This document shows positions 29,501-39,188 of a stretch of DNA of 64,000 nucleotides, piece after piece. A program made the translations under genes and the position numbers. The notes under the pieces were generated by a model, which worked only from the letters and a program-made list of their open reading frames with translations, did no database searches and was not told where the DNA came from. Every line of letters starts with the position of its first letter. Within the stretch, counting starts at the first letter, position 1. This DNA comes from Spirochaetia bacterium (lineage in GTDB: Bacteria; Spirochaetota; Spirochaetia; UBA9216): the NCBI GenBank assembly GCA_963675665.1, contig OY776510.1, positions 96,001 to 160,000 of the forward strand, in the 5' to 3' direction.

Positions 29501-29890
29501 ATGGGAAATATAAACTCAACATTAAGACTGAGAATGTCGCATAAAGACGCACATTACGGAGGGAGCCTTATCGACGGGGCCCATATGGTTCATCTGTTCG
29601 GAGATCTGGCCACCGAGCTTCTGATAATTCTTGACGGCGACGAAGGCCTCTTTCTTCGATACGATGAGGTTGAATTCCTGGCCCCGGTATATGCGGGAGA
29701 CTACATAGAAGTATACGGGGAAATAACCGGGATCGGAAACACATCCAGAACAATGGAATTCACGGCAAAGAAGGTTGTTGCGGCACGACCTGACATCAGC
29801 CCGTCAGCCGCTGATGCACTTGACGAACCGATAACCGTAGTAAGGGCTAAAGGTGTCTGCGTAACACCGAAAGAATCAAAGCGGAAATAA
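29501..29890 (+). CDS. kal: 3-aminobutyryl-CoA ammonia-lyase (hotdog fold)
   Basis: [51 protein letters not shown]. Confidence 0.9.
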   Translation: MGNINSTLRLRMSHKDAHYGGSLIDGAHMVHLFGDLATELLIILDGDEGLFLRYDEVEFLAPVYAGDYIEVYGEITGIGNTSRTMEFTAKKVVAARPDISPSAADALDEPITVVRAKGVCVTPKESKRK

Positions 29891-29932
29891 TTACAGCAAC
29901 GTTTTAAGGATTTGCAGTTGCTCAGGCAAGTC

Positions 29933-29969
29933 GCCGGTTTCAACCTGGTTGCTTTCGGTTGAAACCGGC
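29933..29969. terminator. Hairpin between convergent kal and pheT
   Basis: GCCGGTTTCAACC...GGTTGAAACCGGC 13-bp stem. Confidence 0.65.
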
Positions 29970-29989
29970 AATTTATATTATTGCCGTTA

Positions 29990-32410
29990 TCACCCCTGTT
30001 TAAGCGGGTAACCGGCTTTGTCAAGCTCAGCTACAATCCTGTCTTCAGCAGATCTCAGAAAATCAGGAGTCAGTGTCTTGTCCCGATCAAGCAGCCAGGA
30101 ACGCAGTGTTACTGTTTTATTTGTTTCAGACAGCGGGTAAACATCGACAATTTTTGTATCAACAAGTTCCTTCATCTTCACTTTTCCAAGGACAGCCAGA
30201 ACATCGGCAACCGGAGCAGCGGTATCGGCAACAACAGTACAATCGAAGGTTGAGCCGGGAAATTTCGGAAGAGGCTGATATCTGGTCTTGTCACTGACAG
30301 GCCTGTCCATGAAATCAGTAATATCAAGTACCGCCATAACAAGATTGCCCTTGATTTTAAAGTTTCTGCACATCAGCGGATGAACTGTTCCGATAAAACC
30401 GCAGTTTTTGCCCATAACCATTATATCAAGGAACTCGTTCGGATGCCGGCCGACCCAGTCGGAAGCAACAAGAGGGTTTTTAAATTTTGCAGTCGGGGGT
30501 TGAATCCGGGCATTAAGACTCAGATTCTCAAGCAAGTCTCCCATCAGGTTCACGACTTCCATAAAAGGCGAACCGTTCCTGTCATGATAGATGATTCCAA
30601 GCTGGTGCCGTTCCTCACTGAAATTTTCATCTGATTCCAGATAGCTTCTGCCTAGTTCGAACAGTCTGAATCTGGAATGAAATTTCTGGTTGAACGCTGC
30701 TTTCTCTATAAGCGACGGCACAAGAGAAGGCCGCATTCTGTCAGTCTCCGGGCTGAGCGCATTTGCAAGAACAAGCCCCTCATTCAGAACATTCCATCCG
30801 GCCTGTTCCAGCAGTTTTGCCCCGGTGAGCGGATAACTGTAAATTTCAAGCGCCCTGCCCCGATAAACCATAAAGTCCATGATACTGCGTTCCATTGTCC
30901 TGGCGGAGCTCAGGGATACAGCGGTAACTTCATTGTGAGGAGCTACAGGAACAAGTTTGTCATAACCGTAAATTCTGCCGATATCTTCTATCAGATCAGC
31001 ATCAACCTCAACATCTTTTGTTGAACGGTATGAAGGAACAGTAACTTTCAGAACTTTATCGCCCGGTCCTATCACGTAATCAAGCGATTCAAGTATACGT
31101 ATTACTTCGTCCTGCTCCAGTTTCGTTCCAAGAATGGAATTTACCCGGGCAAGGGTTAAATCAATAACCAGCGGCGGAGAAAGTTCCAGACGATCAGACA
31201 CAAGCGGCCCGACGACTTTCGCCTGCGGACAGCTTTCCTGCAACAGTTCCAGAATCCTCAGCGCCGTACGTTCAAGCTGATGACTGTCCAGCGACTTCTC
31301 GTAACGCTGAGACGCATCGGTCCTCAATCCCAGTCTGGTTGAGGTATGGCGGATCCGTTCAGGTTTCCAGTTGGCTACTTCTATAAAAACACGGCTTGTA
31401 TCATCTTTAACGCTTGACGTGAGCCCGCCCATAATACCGCCGATTGATGAAGGCCCTTCAGCATCGCACACCATCGTGTCCGAAGGAATCATTTTCCGCT
31501 CAACTTCATCAAGGGTTATAAAAATTGAATCTTCACCGTTTTCGCGGACGATTATCTTTCCCCCGCAGATTGTATCACGATCAAAAATATGGTTCGGCAT
31601 ACCCTGTTCAAGCATCACGTAGTTTGAAATATCAACTATATTATTGATAGGCCTCATCCCGCAGGCTGTAAGGCGCTGCTGCATCCAGACGGGGCTCGGC
31701 TTAATCTCAACATTATCAACACTCAAGCCCAGGAATCCCAGGCATGCGCAGTCTTCCTGCACCTCAATTGTTACGGGAGGAACCGAATCGTTATAAAACG
31801 CGCGCATTTTCTCAATCCATGCATCGTCAAAAGGTTTCGCAAGCGGCTTTCCGAACGCGGCGGCAAACTCGCGCGCCATACCGTAATGCCCCCAGAGGTC
31901 GGGGCGGTGAGTAATTGATTTATTATCAATATCAAGCAGAACATCGTGCTTGATCTGCATCAGCTGTGCCAGTGTAACGCCCACAGCCGCGTCGGACGGA
32001 AGCTCGAGAAGCCCCTCATGCCCGTCGCCCAGGCCCAGCTCGTCTTCGGCACAGAGCATTCCCTCGCTCAGGATTCCCCGTATCTTCTTCGGCTCAAGGG
32101 TGAATCCGATCGGAAGTGTTGTTCCGACCGGCGCAAAAGGAACCTTCATACCCGGGGCTACATTCGGCGCGCCGCAGACAACCCGTCGCTCTCCGCTGCC
32201 TGTTTCAAAGCTGACCAGCCTCAGCTTGTCGGCTTCGGGATGAGGCTCAACCTTTGTTATTTCGGCAACTATCACCTTTTCCATATGCGCATTGGCTTCT
32301 TCAACACCTTCAACTTCGCATGTGGACAGCGTGAACCTCACACCCATTTCTCTGGGCGAAAGCTCCGGTAATTCAACAAAATCTTTTATCCAGTCTAAAC
32401 TGATTATCAT
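29990..32410 (-). CDS. pheT: Phenylalanine-tRNA ligase beta subunit
   Basis: HPEADKL, VVCGAPN, IRGILSEGMLC, ITHRPDL, INNIVDISNY. Confidence 0.95.
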   Translation of the reverse strand: MIISLDWIKDFVELPELSPREMGVRFTLSTCEVEGVEEANAHMEKVIVAEITKVEPHPEADKLRLVSFETGSGERRVVCGAPNVAPGMKVPFAPVGTTLPIGFTLEPKKIRGILSEGMLCAEDELGLGDGHEGLLELPSDAAVGVTLAQLMQIKHDVLLDIDNKSITHRPDLWGHYGMAREFAAAFGKPLAKPFDDAWIEKMRAFYNDSVPPVTIEVQEDCACLGFLGLSVDNVEIKPSPVWMQQRLTACGMRPINNIVDISNYVMLEQGMPNHIFDRDTICGGKIIVRENGEDSIFITLDEVERKMIPSDTMVCDAEGPSSIGGIMGGLTSSVKDDTSRVFIEVANWKPERIRHTSTRLGLRTDASQRYEKSLDSHQLERTALRILELLQESCPQAKVVGPLVSDRLELSPPLVIDLTLARVNSILGTKLEQDEVIRILESLDYVIGPGDKVLKVTVPSYRSTKDVEVDADLIEDIGRIYGYDKLVPVAPHNEVTAVSLSSARTMERSIMDFMVYRGRALEIYSYPLTGAKLLEQAGWNVLNEGLVLANALSPETDRMRPSLVPSLIEKAAFNQKFHSRFRLFELGRSYLESDENFSEERHQLGIIYHDRNGSPFMEVVNLMGDLLENLSLNARIQPPTAKFKNPLVASDWVGRHPNEFLDIMVMGKNCGFIGTVHPLMCRNFKIKGNLVMAVLDITDFMDRPVSDKTRYQPLPKFPGSTFDCTVVADTAAPVADVLAVLGKVKMKELVDTKIVDVYPLSETNKTVTLRSWLLDRDKTLTPDFLRSAEDRIVAELDKAGYPLKQG

Positions 32411-32449
32411 CTATATCTCCTCTGCCCTGCTTTCCGGAACACTTGATAT

Positions 32450-33493
32450 TTAATAGGATCTGAACTGTTCCGAAAACTGCAGGTTTCCGCTGTGAAGATG
32501 CCGTATGTCGTCAATGTGATAACGCATCATTGTAAGACGATCTATTCCCATCCCGAAAGCAAAACCGTTAAACTCGTTCGGATCGATATTTCCGTATTTG
32601 AGCACATTCGGGTGCACCATTCCGCAGCCGAGGGCTTCAACCCATCCGACCTGCTTGCAGACCGGGCAGCCTTTTCCCCCGCAAAGCATGCATTCGTAAT
32701 CAAGCTCGAACCCCGGCTCAACAAAGGGGAAAAAGCCGGGCCTGAGTCTGACCTTGATTTCCCGCTTGAAGATTTCGGACAAAAGCGTCCTGAGAAAATG
32801 AATCATGTTCGGCACGGCAATATCCCGTCCGACCATCATTCCTTCAAGCTGGTGAAAGGCTGCTTCGTGACCTGCATCCAGGGTTTCACATCGAAAAACC
32901 TTTCCCGGGCCGACAAATTTAAACGGAGGCTTTTTCATTTCCATGCCGCGAATCTGAAGATTTGACGTATGTGTTCTCAGCAGGTGTTTTTTGTCCGTAA
33001 ACCAGAAGGTATCCTGCATATCACGGGCAGGATGAGATTCGGGAATATTCAGCGCTTCAAAGTTATAATACTCATTTTCAATATGCGGACCGTCAAGAAT
33101 ATCAAAACCCATCGAAAGGAAAATATCTTCAAGCTCCCGGGTAACCTTTGTAAGCGGATGAAGTCCCGCAGCCTGTTGGCCGAGATCGGTTATCCGATCG
33201 GTCCAGCTTATATCCTGTCTGTTCTTTTCAAGCTTACTGTTTATTTCCTCAATCTCAATTTCAAGGCTTCGGGTTTCTATTGCGGCAATCATTTCCTGTT
33301 TTATATCATTTGCCTTTGAACCGAAGCTTTTTTTATCTTCCGTGGAAAGGTCCCGCATTCCTCCCATAAGAGCGTTAAGCTTACCTTTTTTGCCGAGATA
33401 ATCAGCTTTAAACTGCGCCATATCGGGCATCGAAGCAACTGAACCGATCAGGGAATCAAATTCCTTCTTCACCTCTTCCAGTTTCTGAAGCAT
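32450..33493 (-). CDS. pheS: Phenylalanine-tRNA ligase alpha subunit
   Basis: HPARDMQDTF, LRTHTS, FHQLEG, FPFVEP, GFAFGMGIDR. Confidence 0.97.
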   Translation of the reverse strand: MLQKLEEVKKEFDSLIGSVASMPDMAQFKADYLGKKGKLNALMGGMRDLSTEDKKSFGSKANDIKQEMIAAIETRSLEIEIEEINSKLEKNRQDISWTDRITDLGQQAAGLHPLTKVTRELEDIFLSMGFDILDGPHIENEYYNFEALNIPESHPARDMQDTFWFTDKKHLLRTHTSNLQIRGMEMKKPPFKFVGPGKVFRCETLDAGHEAAFHQLEGMMVGRDIAVPNMIHFLRTLLSEIFKREIKVRLRPGFFPFVEPGFELDYECMLCGGKGCPVCKQVGWVEALGCGMVHPNVLKYGNIDPNEFNGFAFGMGIDRLTMMRYHIDDIRHLHSGNLQFSEQFRSY

Positions 33494-33529
33494 TGTCCGT
33501 CTCCTTTACCGTCTTTTAAGGCTTTAACT

Positions 33530-33565
33530 AAAAAAAAAGCGGATTCCCCCTAAGAGGAACCCGCC
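33530..33565 (-). terminator. Attenuator terminator upstream of pheS
   Basis: Minus strand GCGGGTTCCTC-tta-GGGGGAATCCGC followed by T9. Confidence 0.85.
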
Positions 33566-33582
33566 GTCAAGCCCTGTTGTTG

Positions 33583-33669
33583 TTAATTCAGGGAAAACCG
33601 CCGCTCCTCCTTATCGGAGCCGTTAAAAAAGAAAAAATAAAAATTAAAAAAGCTTTTCCGGTTTTCCAT
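33583..33669 (-). CDS. pheST leader peptide (PheM-like, 28 aa)
   Basis: MENRKSFFNFYFFFFNGSDKEERRFSLN*; 7 of 9 consecutive codons are Phe. Confidence 0.85.
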   Translation of the reverse strand: MENRKSFFNFYFFFFNGSDKEERRFSLN

Positions 33670-33679
33670 GGTGAGTACC

Positions 33680-33707
33680 ATTATAGTGCTGACCGTAATT
33701 TAGTCAA
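33680..33707 (-). promoter_or_regulatory. sigma70 promoter of the pheST leader
   Basis: TTGACT-16 bp-TATAAT. Confidence 0.75.
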
Positions 33708-33712
33708 GACAG

Positions 33713-33750
33713 AAAAGGGGCTGCTCCCGTTAAACAGGAGCAGCCCAAAA
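33713..33750 (-). terminator. Terminator of the ato operon
   Basis: GGGCTGCTCC...GGAGCAGCCC stem with T-runs. Confidence 0.75.
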
Positions 33751-33766
33751 ATAAAATCAGGTGCGA

Positions 33767-34432
33767 TTATAAAATCTCAACCTGCTTGAAATCAGGCGCG
33801 ACAACAAGATTTGCGGTAGTGCTCTCCTGAACAAACTCTGCCGTATACGGCGCAAAAGTTTCTTTCAGAATAAAAGCGCCGTCCTTTATCTCAAAGTACC
33901 CGACATCAGTCACAAGGATATCAACCTCGTTCTGTGCAGTCAGCGGAAGCGTGCATTTTTCCATGAGCTTTGAATTGCCGTGCTTGTCAAAATGAACAGT
34001 GGCCGCAATCACCTTTTTTGATCCTACAGTAAGATCCATTGCTCCGCCCATACCGGGCACCATTTTGCCCGGTATCTTGTAATTCGCAAGGTTCCCGTGC
34101 TGGTCGACCTCAAGCACGCCGAGGACCGTATAATCAACATGTCCTCCCCGGATTATTCCGAATGACGTTGCCGAGTCAAAATAACAGCCGCCCTTCAACA
34201 AGGTTACCGGAGAACCGCCGGCGTTTACCAGAAACGGATCGACATTATCCTTATCAGGAACTGGTCCGAGACCGATAAAACCGTTTTCCGACTGAAGAAT
34301 AATCTCTACGCCCTCAGGCAGATAATTGCCTACAAGAGTCGGCAGTCCGATTCCCAGGTTTACAACATTTCCGTTTGAGAACAGAAGGGCAATCCGCTTT
34401 GCAATTACATCTTTATTGGGTTTATAATCCAT
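33767..34432 (-). CDS. atoA: Acetate CoA/acetoacetate CoA-transferase beta subunit
   Basis: VNLGIGLPT, LQSENG catalytic Glu, IIRGGH, GMGGAMDL. Confidence 0.9.
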   Translation of the reverse strand: MDYKPNKDVIAKRIALLFSNGNVVNLGIGLPTLVGNYLPEGVEIILQSENGFIGLGPVPDKDNVDPFLVNAGGSPVTLLKGGCYFDSATSFGIIRGGHVDYTVLGVLEVDQHGNLANYKIPGKMVPGMGGAMDLTVGSKKVIAATVHFDKHGNSKLMEKCTLPLTAQNEVDILVTDVGYFEIKDGAFILKETFAPYTAEFVQESTTANLVVAPDFKQVEIL

Positions 34433-34433
34433 T

Positions 34434-35123
34434 TTACCTGCCCCCCTTTTTTTCAGTTTTGACCAGATATTTCACGAATATCGACGGTGTTACAACACAT
34501 TCCGGGTCAATTTCACCTATTTCAACAATCTCATCCGCCTGTACTATTACAGTCTCGCATGCCATAGCCATCAGGGGACCGAAATTCCGCGCTGATCGCG
34601 CATACATCAGGTTGCCGGCCTTGTCAGCCACACTCGCATGCAGCAGCGCAATATTTCCGGATATAGGGTGTTCCAGAAGGTACCTGCGGCCCTGGTACTC
34701 CAGGACCTGTTTCCCTTCCTCTACCTCGGTTCCGACTCCGGTCGGGGTCAGGAACCCTCCGAGACCGCAGCCCGCGGAACGAATCCTCTCGGCAAGCGTT
34801 CCCTGCGGCACAAGCTCCACATCCGTTTCGCCGGCAATCATCTGCCGCTGAATCTCGGCATTAAGCCCGATGTGCGTTGCAACAACCCTTGAAAACTGCT
34901 TGTCAAGCACGTTCATTGCCACACCGGTAATCATGTCCTTATCGGGTATATACCAGCCACAGTCGTTACAGACAAGGGTTAAATTCTTTGTGCCCGCGTT
35001 TCTCAGGCACTCCAGCAGTTCCGGAGGCGATCCGCAGCCCATAAATCCCCCGACCATAACCACATCGCCGGATTTTATAAGCTTTACCGCCGCCTCACAG
35101 GACAGTATTTCTTTTTCTACCAT
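34434..35123 (-). CDS. atoD: Acetate CoA/acetoacetate CoA-transferase alpha subunit
   Basis: MVGGF, HIGLN, PQGTLAERIR, LTPTGVGT, ARNFGP. Confidence 0.9.
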   Translation of the reverse strand: MVEKEILSCEAAVKLIKSGDVVMVGGFMGCGSPPELLECLRNAGTKNLTLVCNDCGWYIPDKDMITGVAMNVLDKQFSRVVATHIGLNAEIQRQMIAGETDVELVPQGTLAERIRSAGCGLGGFLTPTGVGTEVEEGKQVLEYQGRRYLLEHPISGNIALLHASVADKAGNLMYARSARNFGPLMAMACETVIVQADEIVEIGEIDPECVVTPSIFVKYLVKTEKKGGR

Positions 35124-35138
35124 TACTTAAGCGTCCTC

Positions 35139-36317
35139 CTACATCTCGACACAGAGAGCCGCACCCATTCCGCCGCCTATGCACAGGGTTGCAATTCCTT
35201 TATGAAGATTGCGTCTTTTCATTTCATATATCAGTGTTACAAGAATCCTGGCGCCGCTGGCCCCGATCGGGTGACCGATCGCAATGGCCCCGCCGTTTAC
35301 ATTGATTAACGAGGTATCCCAGCCGAGTTCCCTGTTTACCGCTATCGACTGCGCGGCAAAAGCTTCGTTGGCTTCAATCAGCTCAAGGTTGCCAATGCTC
35401 CATCCGGCTTTTTTCAGCGCAACCTTGACCGCTCCTACGGGTCCGATACCCATAATCTCCGGCGGACAGCCGGCATAACCGTATGAAACAATGCGGGCCA
35501 GCGGTTCAACATTTTTCTGTTTTAAAACATCCTCTGAAACAAGAATCGCCGCCGCAGCGGAGTCGTTGATTCCTGATGCGTTTCCGGCTGTTACAGTCCC
35601 GTCTTTTTTGAACGCGGGGCGCAGTTTCGCAAGCCCCTCAACAGTTGCACCTTCACGGATATACTCGTCATCCTTGAAAGCAACCGGATCGCCCTTCCGC
35701 TGAGGAATTCCAACAGAGGTTATTTCTTCCTGGAACCGCCCGGACTTTCTTGCTTCTTCGGCCTTATTCTGCGACGCACATGCAAATTCGTCCTGCTCTT
35801 CACGGCTGATTCCATATTTTTCAGCAAGGTTCTCTGCTGTTATGCCCATATGATAGTTATTGTATTTTTCCCATAAACCGTCATAAACCATACCGTCTAC
35901 AATCTCTCCGTTGCCCATCCGGTACCCGTAACGGGCTTTCGGAAGAAGATACGGCGCCATAGACATATTTTCGGTTCCGCCGGCAATAATTGTATCGGCA
36001 TCACCGCATTTAATGCTCTGGGTTCCCAGCATTAAAGCCCTTAACCCTGAACCGCATACCATATTCACGGACATTGCAGTCTTTTCCACCGGAATACCGG
36101 AATAGATGGCAGCCTGGCGTGCTACATTCTGTCCCAGGCCCGCGCCCAGAACATTACCCAATATCACCTCATCAATTTCTTCGGGCATGATGTCATTTCT
36201 TTTATAAAGATCAACAATAACATCCTTTGCAAAATCTGCGGGGTGGACGTTTGATAACGTCCCCCCGAAACTGCCCACAGCGGTCCTGGAGCAGTCCAGT
36301 ATATATACATCTTTCAT
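35139..36317 (-). CDS. atoB: Acetyl-CoA acetyltransferase (thiolase)
   Basis: [30 protein letters not shown]. Confidence 0.95.
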   Translation of the reverse strand: MKDVYILDCSRTAVGSFGGTLSNVHPADFAKDVIVDLYKRNDIMPEEIDEVILGNVLGAGLGQNVARQAAIYSGIPVEKTAMSVNMVCGSGLRALMLGTQSIKCGDADTIIAGGTENMSMAPYLLPKARYGYRMGNGEIVDGMVYDGLWEKYNNYHMGITAENLAEKYGISREEQDEFACASQNKAEEARKSGRFQEEITSVGIPQRKGDPVAFKDDEYIREGATVEGLAKLRPAFKKDGTVTAGNASGINDSAAAAILVSEDVLKQKNVEPLARIVSYGYAGCPPEIMGIGPVGAVKVALKKAGWSIGNLELIEANEAFAAQSIAVNRELGWDTSLINVNGGAIAIGHPIGASGARILVTLIYEMKRRNLHKGIATLCIGGGMGAALCVEM

Positions 36318-36327
36318 ACTTAATCCC

Positions 36328-37662
36328 TCAGAAAGCGAGCAGCATGAACAGCGAAATGATGATGCCTGAATACAACAGGATGACCGTCGTATATCCCATA
36401 ATGTCGCGGATATTCAGCTTGGCAACACCCAGCAACGGCAACGCCCAGAAAGGTTGAATCATGTTTGTCCAGGCATCGCCCCAGGCTACCGCCATGGCGG
36501 TGGAAGAATAGGAAACACCGAGCGCTTTTGCCGCTGGAATCATTATCGGACCCTGAACACCCCACTGGCCTCCTCCTGACGGAACAAAAAAGTTAACAAC
36601 ACCGGCGGAAAGGAAGGTAAAGAACGGGAAGGTTGTCTGATTCGAAATATTTACAAATCCCTGTGAGAAAGTGCTTGCCAGCCCGCTGTTTATCATCATG
36701 CCCATGATACCCGCATAAAACGGGAACTGCAGAATAACACCGCCGCAGCCTTTAACGGCTTCTGCAACAGCACGTACGTATCTGATAGGTGTTTTGTGAA
36801 GAAGAATTCCGATTATAAGGAAAATAAAGTTTACAATATCAAGAGATATTCCTCCGCCCTTAACGAAATACCTTACAATGTAAACTACGCCGATTGCGCC
36901 GATTAAAAGCGAAACAATCATGTTATTTTCAAGCTTTTCTGCGGGAGTCATTTCCTTTTTGTCTTTTACCGGCTGTTCGTCCTTGTCGTCCTCTGCAAAA
37001 AGAGAAGCACTGACTTCAAAGACTTCTTCTTTTTTCGGATGCATCAGACGGTTTATAATCGGCAGAGTGACAACGAGCAACACAACAAGAATTATATTCG
37101 GAACACAGAAAATAGTTTCAGAAGCAGGAACAATCGTACCGTCGGCGAACTTATCCATAATTGAGTCCGCTCCGGCTATCTTCAGCGGAATGGATGCCGA
37201 AAGGCCGGCATGCCAAACCAGGAAGCCGCTGTATGCTGCGGCAACAAGAAGCGGATAGTGAATTCCGCGGACTGTCCGCGCCAGTTCCTTGGCAAGAAGG
37301 GCACCGATTATAAGACCGAAACCCCAGTTTATCCAGCAACAGATGGCTGCAACAAATGCAACAAGCATGATTGCCTGAGTCGGGGTTTTTGCCGATTTGG
37401 CAATGGTCTTTAACAGCGAGTGCACCGGTTTCGATGTTGCCATTGCGCTTCCGGTAACGATAATCAACGCCATCTGCATTGAGAACGACAGAAACGCCCA
37501 TACTCCGCCGCCGAAGTATCCGGCCATAACCGTAAAACTCTGACCTTCAACAATCATTCCGAGTGCGAAGACCAGAAAACAGAGAATCAGCGCAAACAGG
37601 AATGCATCCGGGAGCCATCTCCGTGCAATGTTTGAAAAGGCCCTACCTAAAACACGAATCAT
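36328..37662 (-). CDS. atoE: Short-chain fatty acid transporter
   Basis: [52 protein letters not shown]. Confidence 0.9.
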   Translation of the reverse strand: MIRVLGRAFSNIARRWLPDAFLFALILCFLVFALGMIVEGQSFTVMAGYFGGGVWAFLSFSMQMALIIVTGSAMATSKPVHSLLKTIAKSAKTPTQAIMLVAFVAAICCWINWGFGLIIGALLAKELARTVRGIHYPLLVAAAYSGFLVWHAGLSASIPLKIAGADSIMDKFADGTIVPASETIFCVPNIILVVLLVVTLPIINRLMHPKKEEVFEVSASLFAEDDKDEQPVKDKKEMTPAEKLENNMIVSLLIGAIGVVYIVRYFVKGGGISLDIVNFIFLIIGILLHKTPIRYVRAVAEAVKGCGGVILQFPFYAGIMGMMINSGLASTFSQGFVNISNQTTFPFFTFLSAGVVNFFVPSGGGQWGVQGPIMIPAAKALGVSYSSTAMAVAWGDAWTNMIQPFWALPLLGVAKLNIRDIMGYTTVILLYSGIIISLFMLLAF

Positions 37663-37693
37663 ATTATTCCTCCAAATTGTTTTTCACCATTAA

Positions 37694-37709
37694 AGCAATA
37701 AGGAGGCCA
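37694..37709 (-). promoter_or_regulatory. sigma54 promoter of atoEBDA
   Basis: TGGCCT-CCTTA-TTGCT. Confidence 0.8.
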
Positions 37710-37805
37710 ATTTTTATCTGCTTGATTAATTTAAATAATTCCTTTCCGGACAGACATATACACAGGATAACAAAAAGAGCTGTTTGGTCGGCGTTGATTA
37801 CAGGA

Positions 37806-37840
37806 TGCAAAATCCTGCATCCCGCATGCATATTCCTGCA
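37806..37840. promoter_or_regulatory. Tandem AtoC-type activator sites
   Basis: TGCA-AAATCC-TGCA and TGCA-TATTCC-TGCA, 21 bp apart and about 100 bp upstream of the sigma54 site. Confidence 0.7.
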
Positions 37841-37844
37841 GATA

Positions 37845-39188
37845 TTACATATCTATCTCATACTCTGCAATCTTGTACTGAAGGTTTCTGAGGCTTATCT
37901 GAAGCTCTGTCGCGGCATTCTTCCTGTTTCCTTTCTGAGCGGACAGAGTACTGATGATAATCTGTTTCTCGAATGTCTGCAGCTGCTTTTTCAGCCCCTG
38001 GCTGTACTCGGACACCGGGAAATCCCTGTTTGCCTGAAGCTCATCGACAGCGAGGACCTCGCCGTCGCTGTAGATATAGGCCCTCTCAATCTGGTTTTTC
38101 AGCTCACGTGTATTGCCGGGCCAGGAATAATTTTTCAATAATTCGAAACCTGGGGCATCCAGGATCTTTCTGATACCCCCGTAATTCTGAAAAAACAGGT
38201 TTAAAAAATGACTGCACAGCAGCGCAATGTCTTCACGCCTTTCACGCAGAGGCGGAATATGAAAATGAATTACATTCAAACGGTAAAAAAGGTCCTTTCT
38301 GAAACGACCCTCATCAACCTCTTTCTCAATATCACGGTTGGTCAATGCGATAATACGTGTTTCCACCCTGATTTCCCTTGTTCCGCCTACCCGAAAAAAT
38401 GTTTTTTCCTGCAAAAAAGTAAGCAATTTTGCCTGCAACTTGTAAGGTATTTCAGAAATCTCGTCAAGAATAACAGTGCCGCCTTCCGCTTCTTCCAGGC
38501 GCCCTCTTTTTCTTTCAATCGCTCCTGTAAAAGCGCCTTTTTCATGCCCGAAAAGCTCAGACTCAAAAAGATGTCCCGAGATGTTGCTGCAGTTTATATA
38601 GACGTACGGGGCCGAGGATTCATTTATCGTATAATGAATCTGTTTTGCAAGAATGTTTTTACCCGTTCCGGTTTCCCCTGTTATCAGCACAGGAACGTCC
38701 GTGTTTTTCAATTTCAAAATACGCTGTTTGATACGTTCCACCTTCGGTGATTCGCCAATAAATTCCTGGTAGAGCGGGCAATCCTGCTGCATCTTTCTCA
38801 GCCGACGGTTTTCACGCGAAAGAGTCTGGTATTCGCAACATCGTTTCAGGGTCAGGATTATTTTCTCGATATCAAACGGCTTTGTTATAAAGTCGTAGGC
38901 GCCCAGCTGTGTGGCCTTTACTGCATTTTCTACGGTTCCAAGGGCGGAAATAATGATTATCTGGGGCAGTGATTCTATCTTCTTGAGCGGTGTGATTAAA
39001 TCCAGTCCGTTTGCGTCGGGCAGCTTCAAATCAAGAAAAACAATATCAGGAAGAAAGGAACCGCTTACATCACCGGCTTCAGCCCCGCTTGCCGCTGTTT
39101 TTATAATATATGTTTCATTCTCAAGCAGTTCCTGCAGGAAAAGCCGGACATTGGGTTCGTCATCCACGATGAGTATTTTATGCTTCAT
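37845..39188 (-). CDS. atoC: sigma54-dependent response regulator
   Basis: Receiver (IVDDE, FLDLKLP), GETGTGK, GAFTGA, Fis-type HTH; upstream of the ato genes. Confidence 0.8.
   Translation of the reverse strand: MKHKILIVDDEPNVRLFLQELLENETYIIKTAASGAEAGDVSGSFLPDIVFLDLKLPDANGLDLITPLKKIESLPQIIIISALGTVENAVKATQLGAYDFITKPFDIEKIILTLKRCCEYQTLSRENRRLRKMQQDCPLYQEFIGESPKVERIKQRILKLKNTDVPVLITGETGTGKNILAKQIHYTINESSAPYVYINCSNISGHLFESELFGHEKGAFTGAIERKRGRLEEAEGGTVILDEISEIPYKLQAKLLTFLQEKTFFRVGGTREIRVETRIIALTNRDIEKEVDEGRFRKDLFYRLNVIHFHIPPLRERREDIALLCSHFLNLFFQNYGGIRKILDAPGFELLKNYSWPGNTRELKNQIERAYIYSDGEVLAVDELQANRDFPVSEYSQGLKKQLQTFEKQIIISTLSAQKGNRKNAATELQISLRNLQYKIAEYEIDM

Noticed and set aside
33494-33710. T-box riboswitch upstream of pheS
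   Set aside because: No T-box consensus and too short a leader; the Phe-codon uORF explains the terminator
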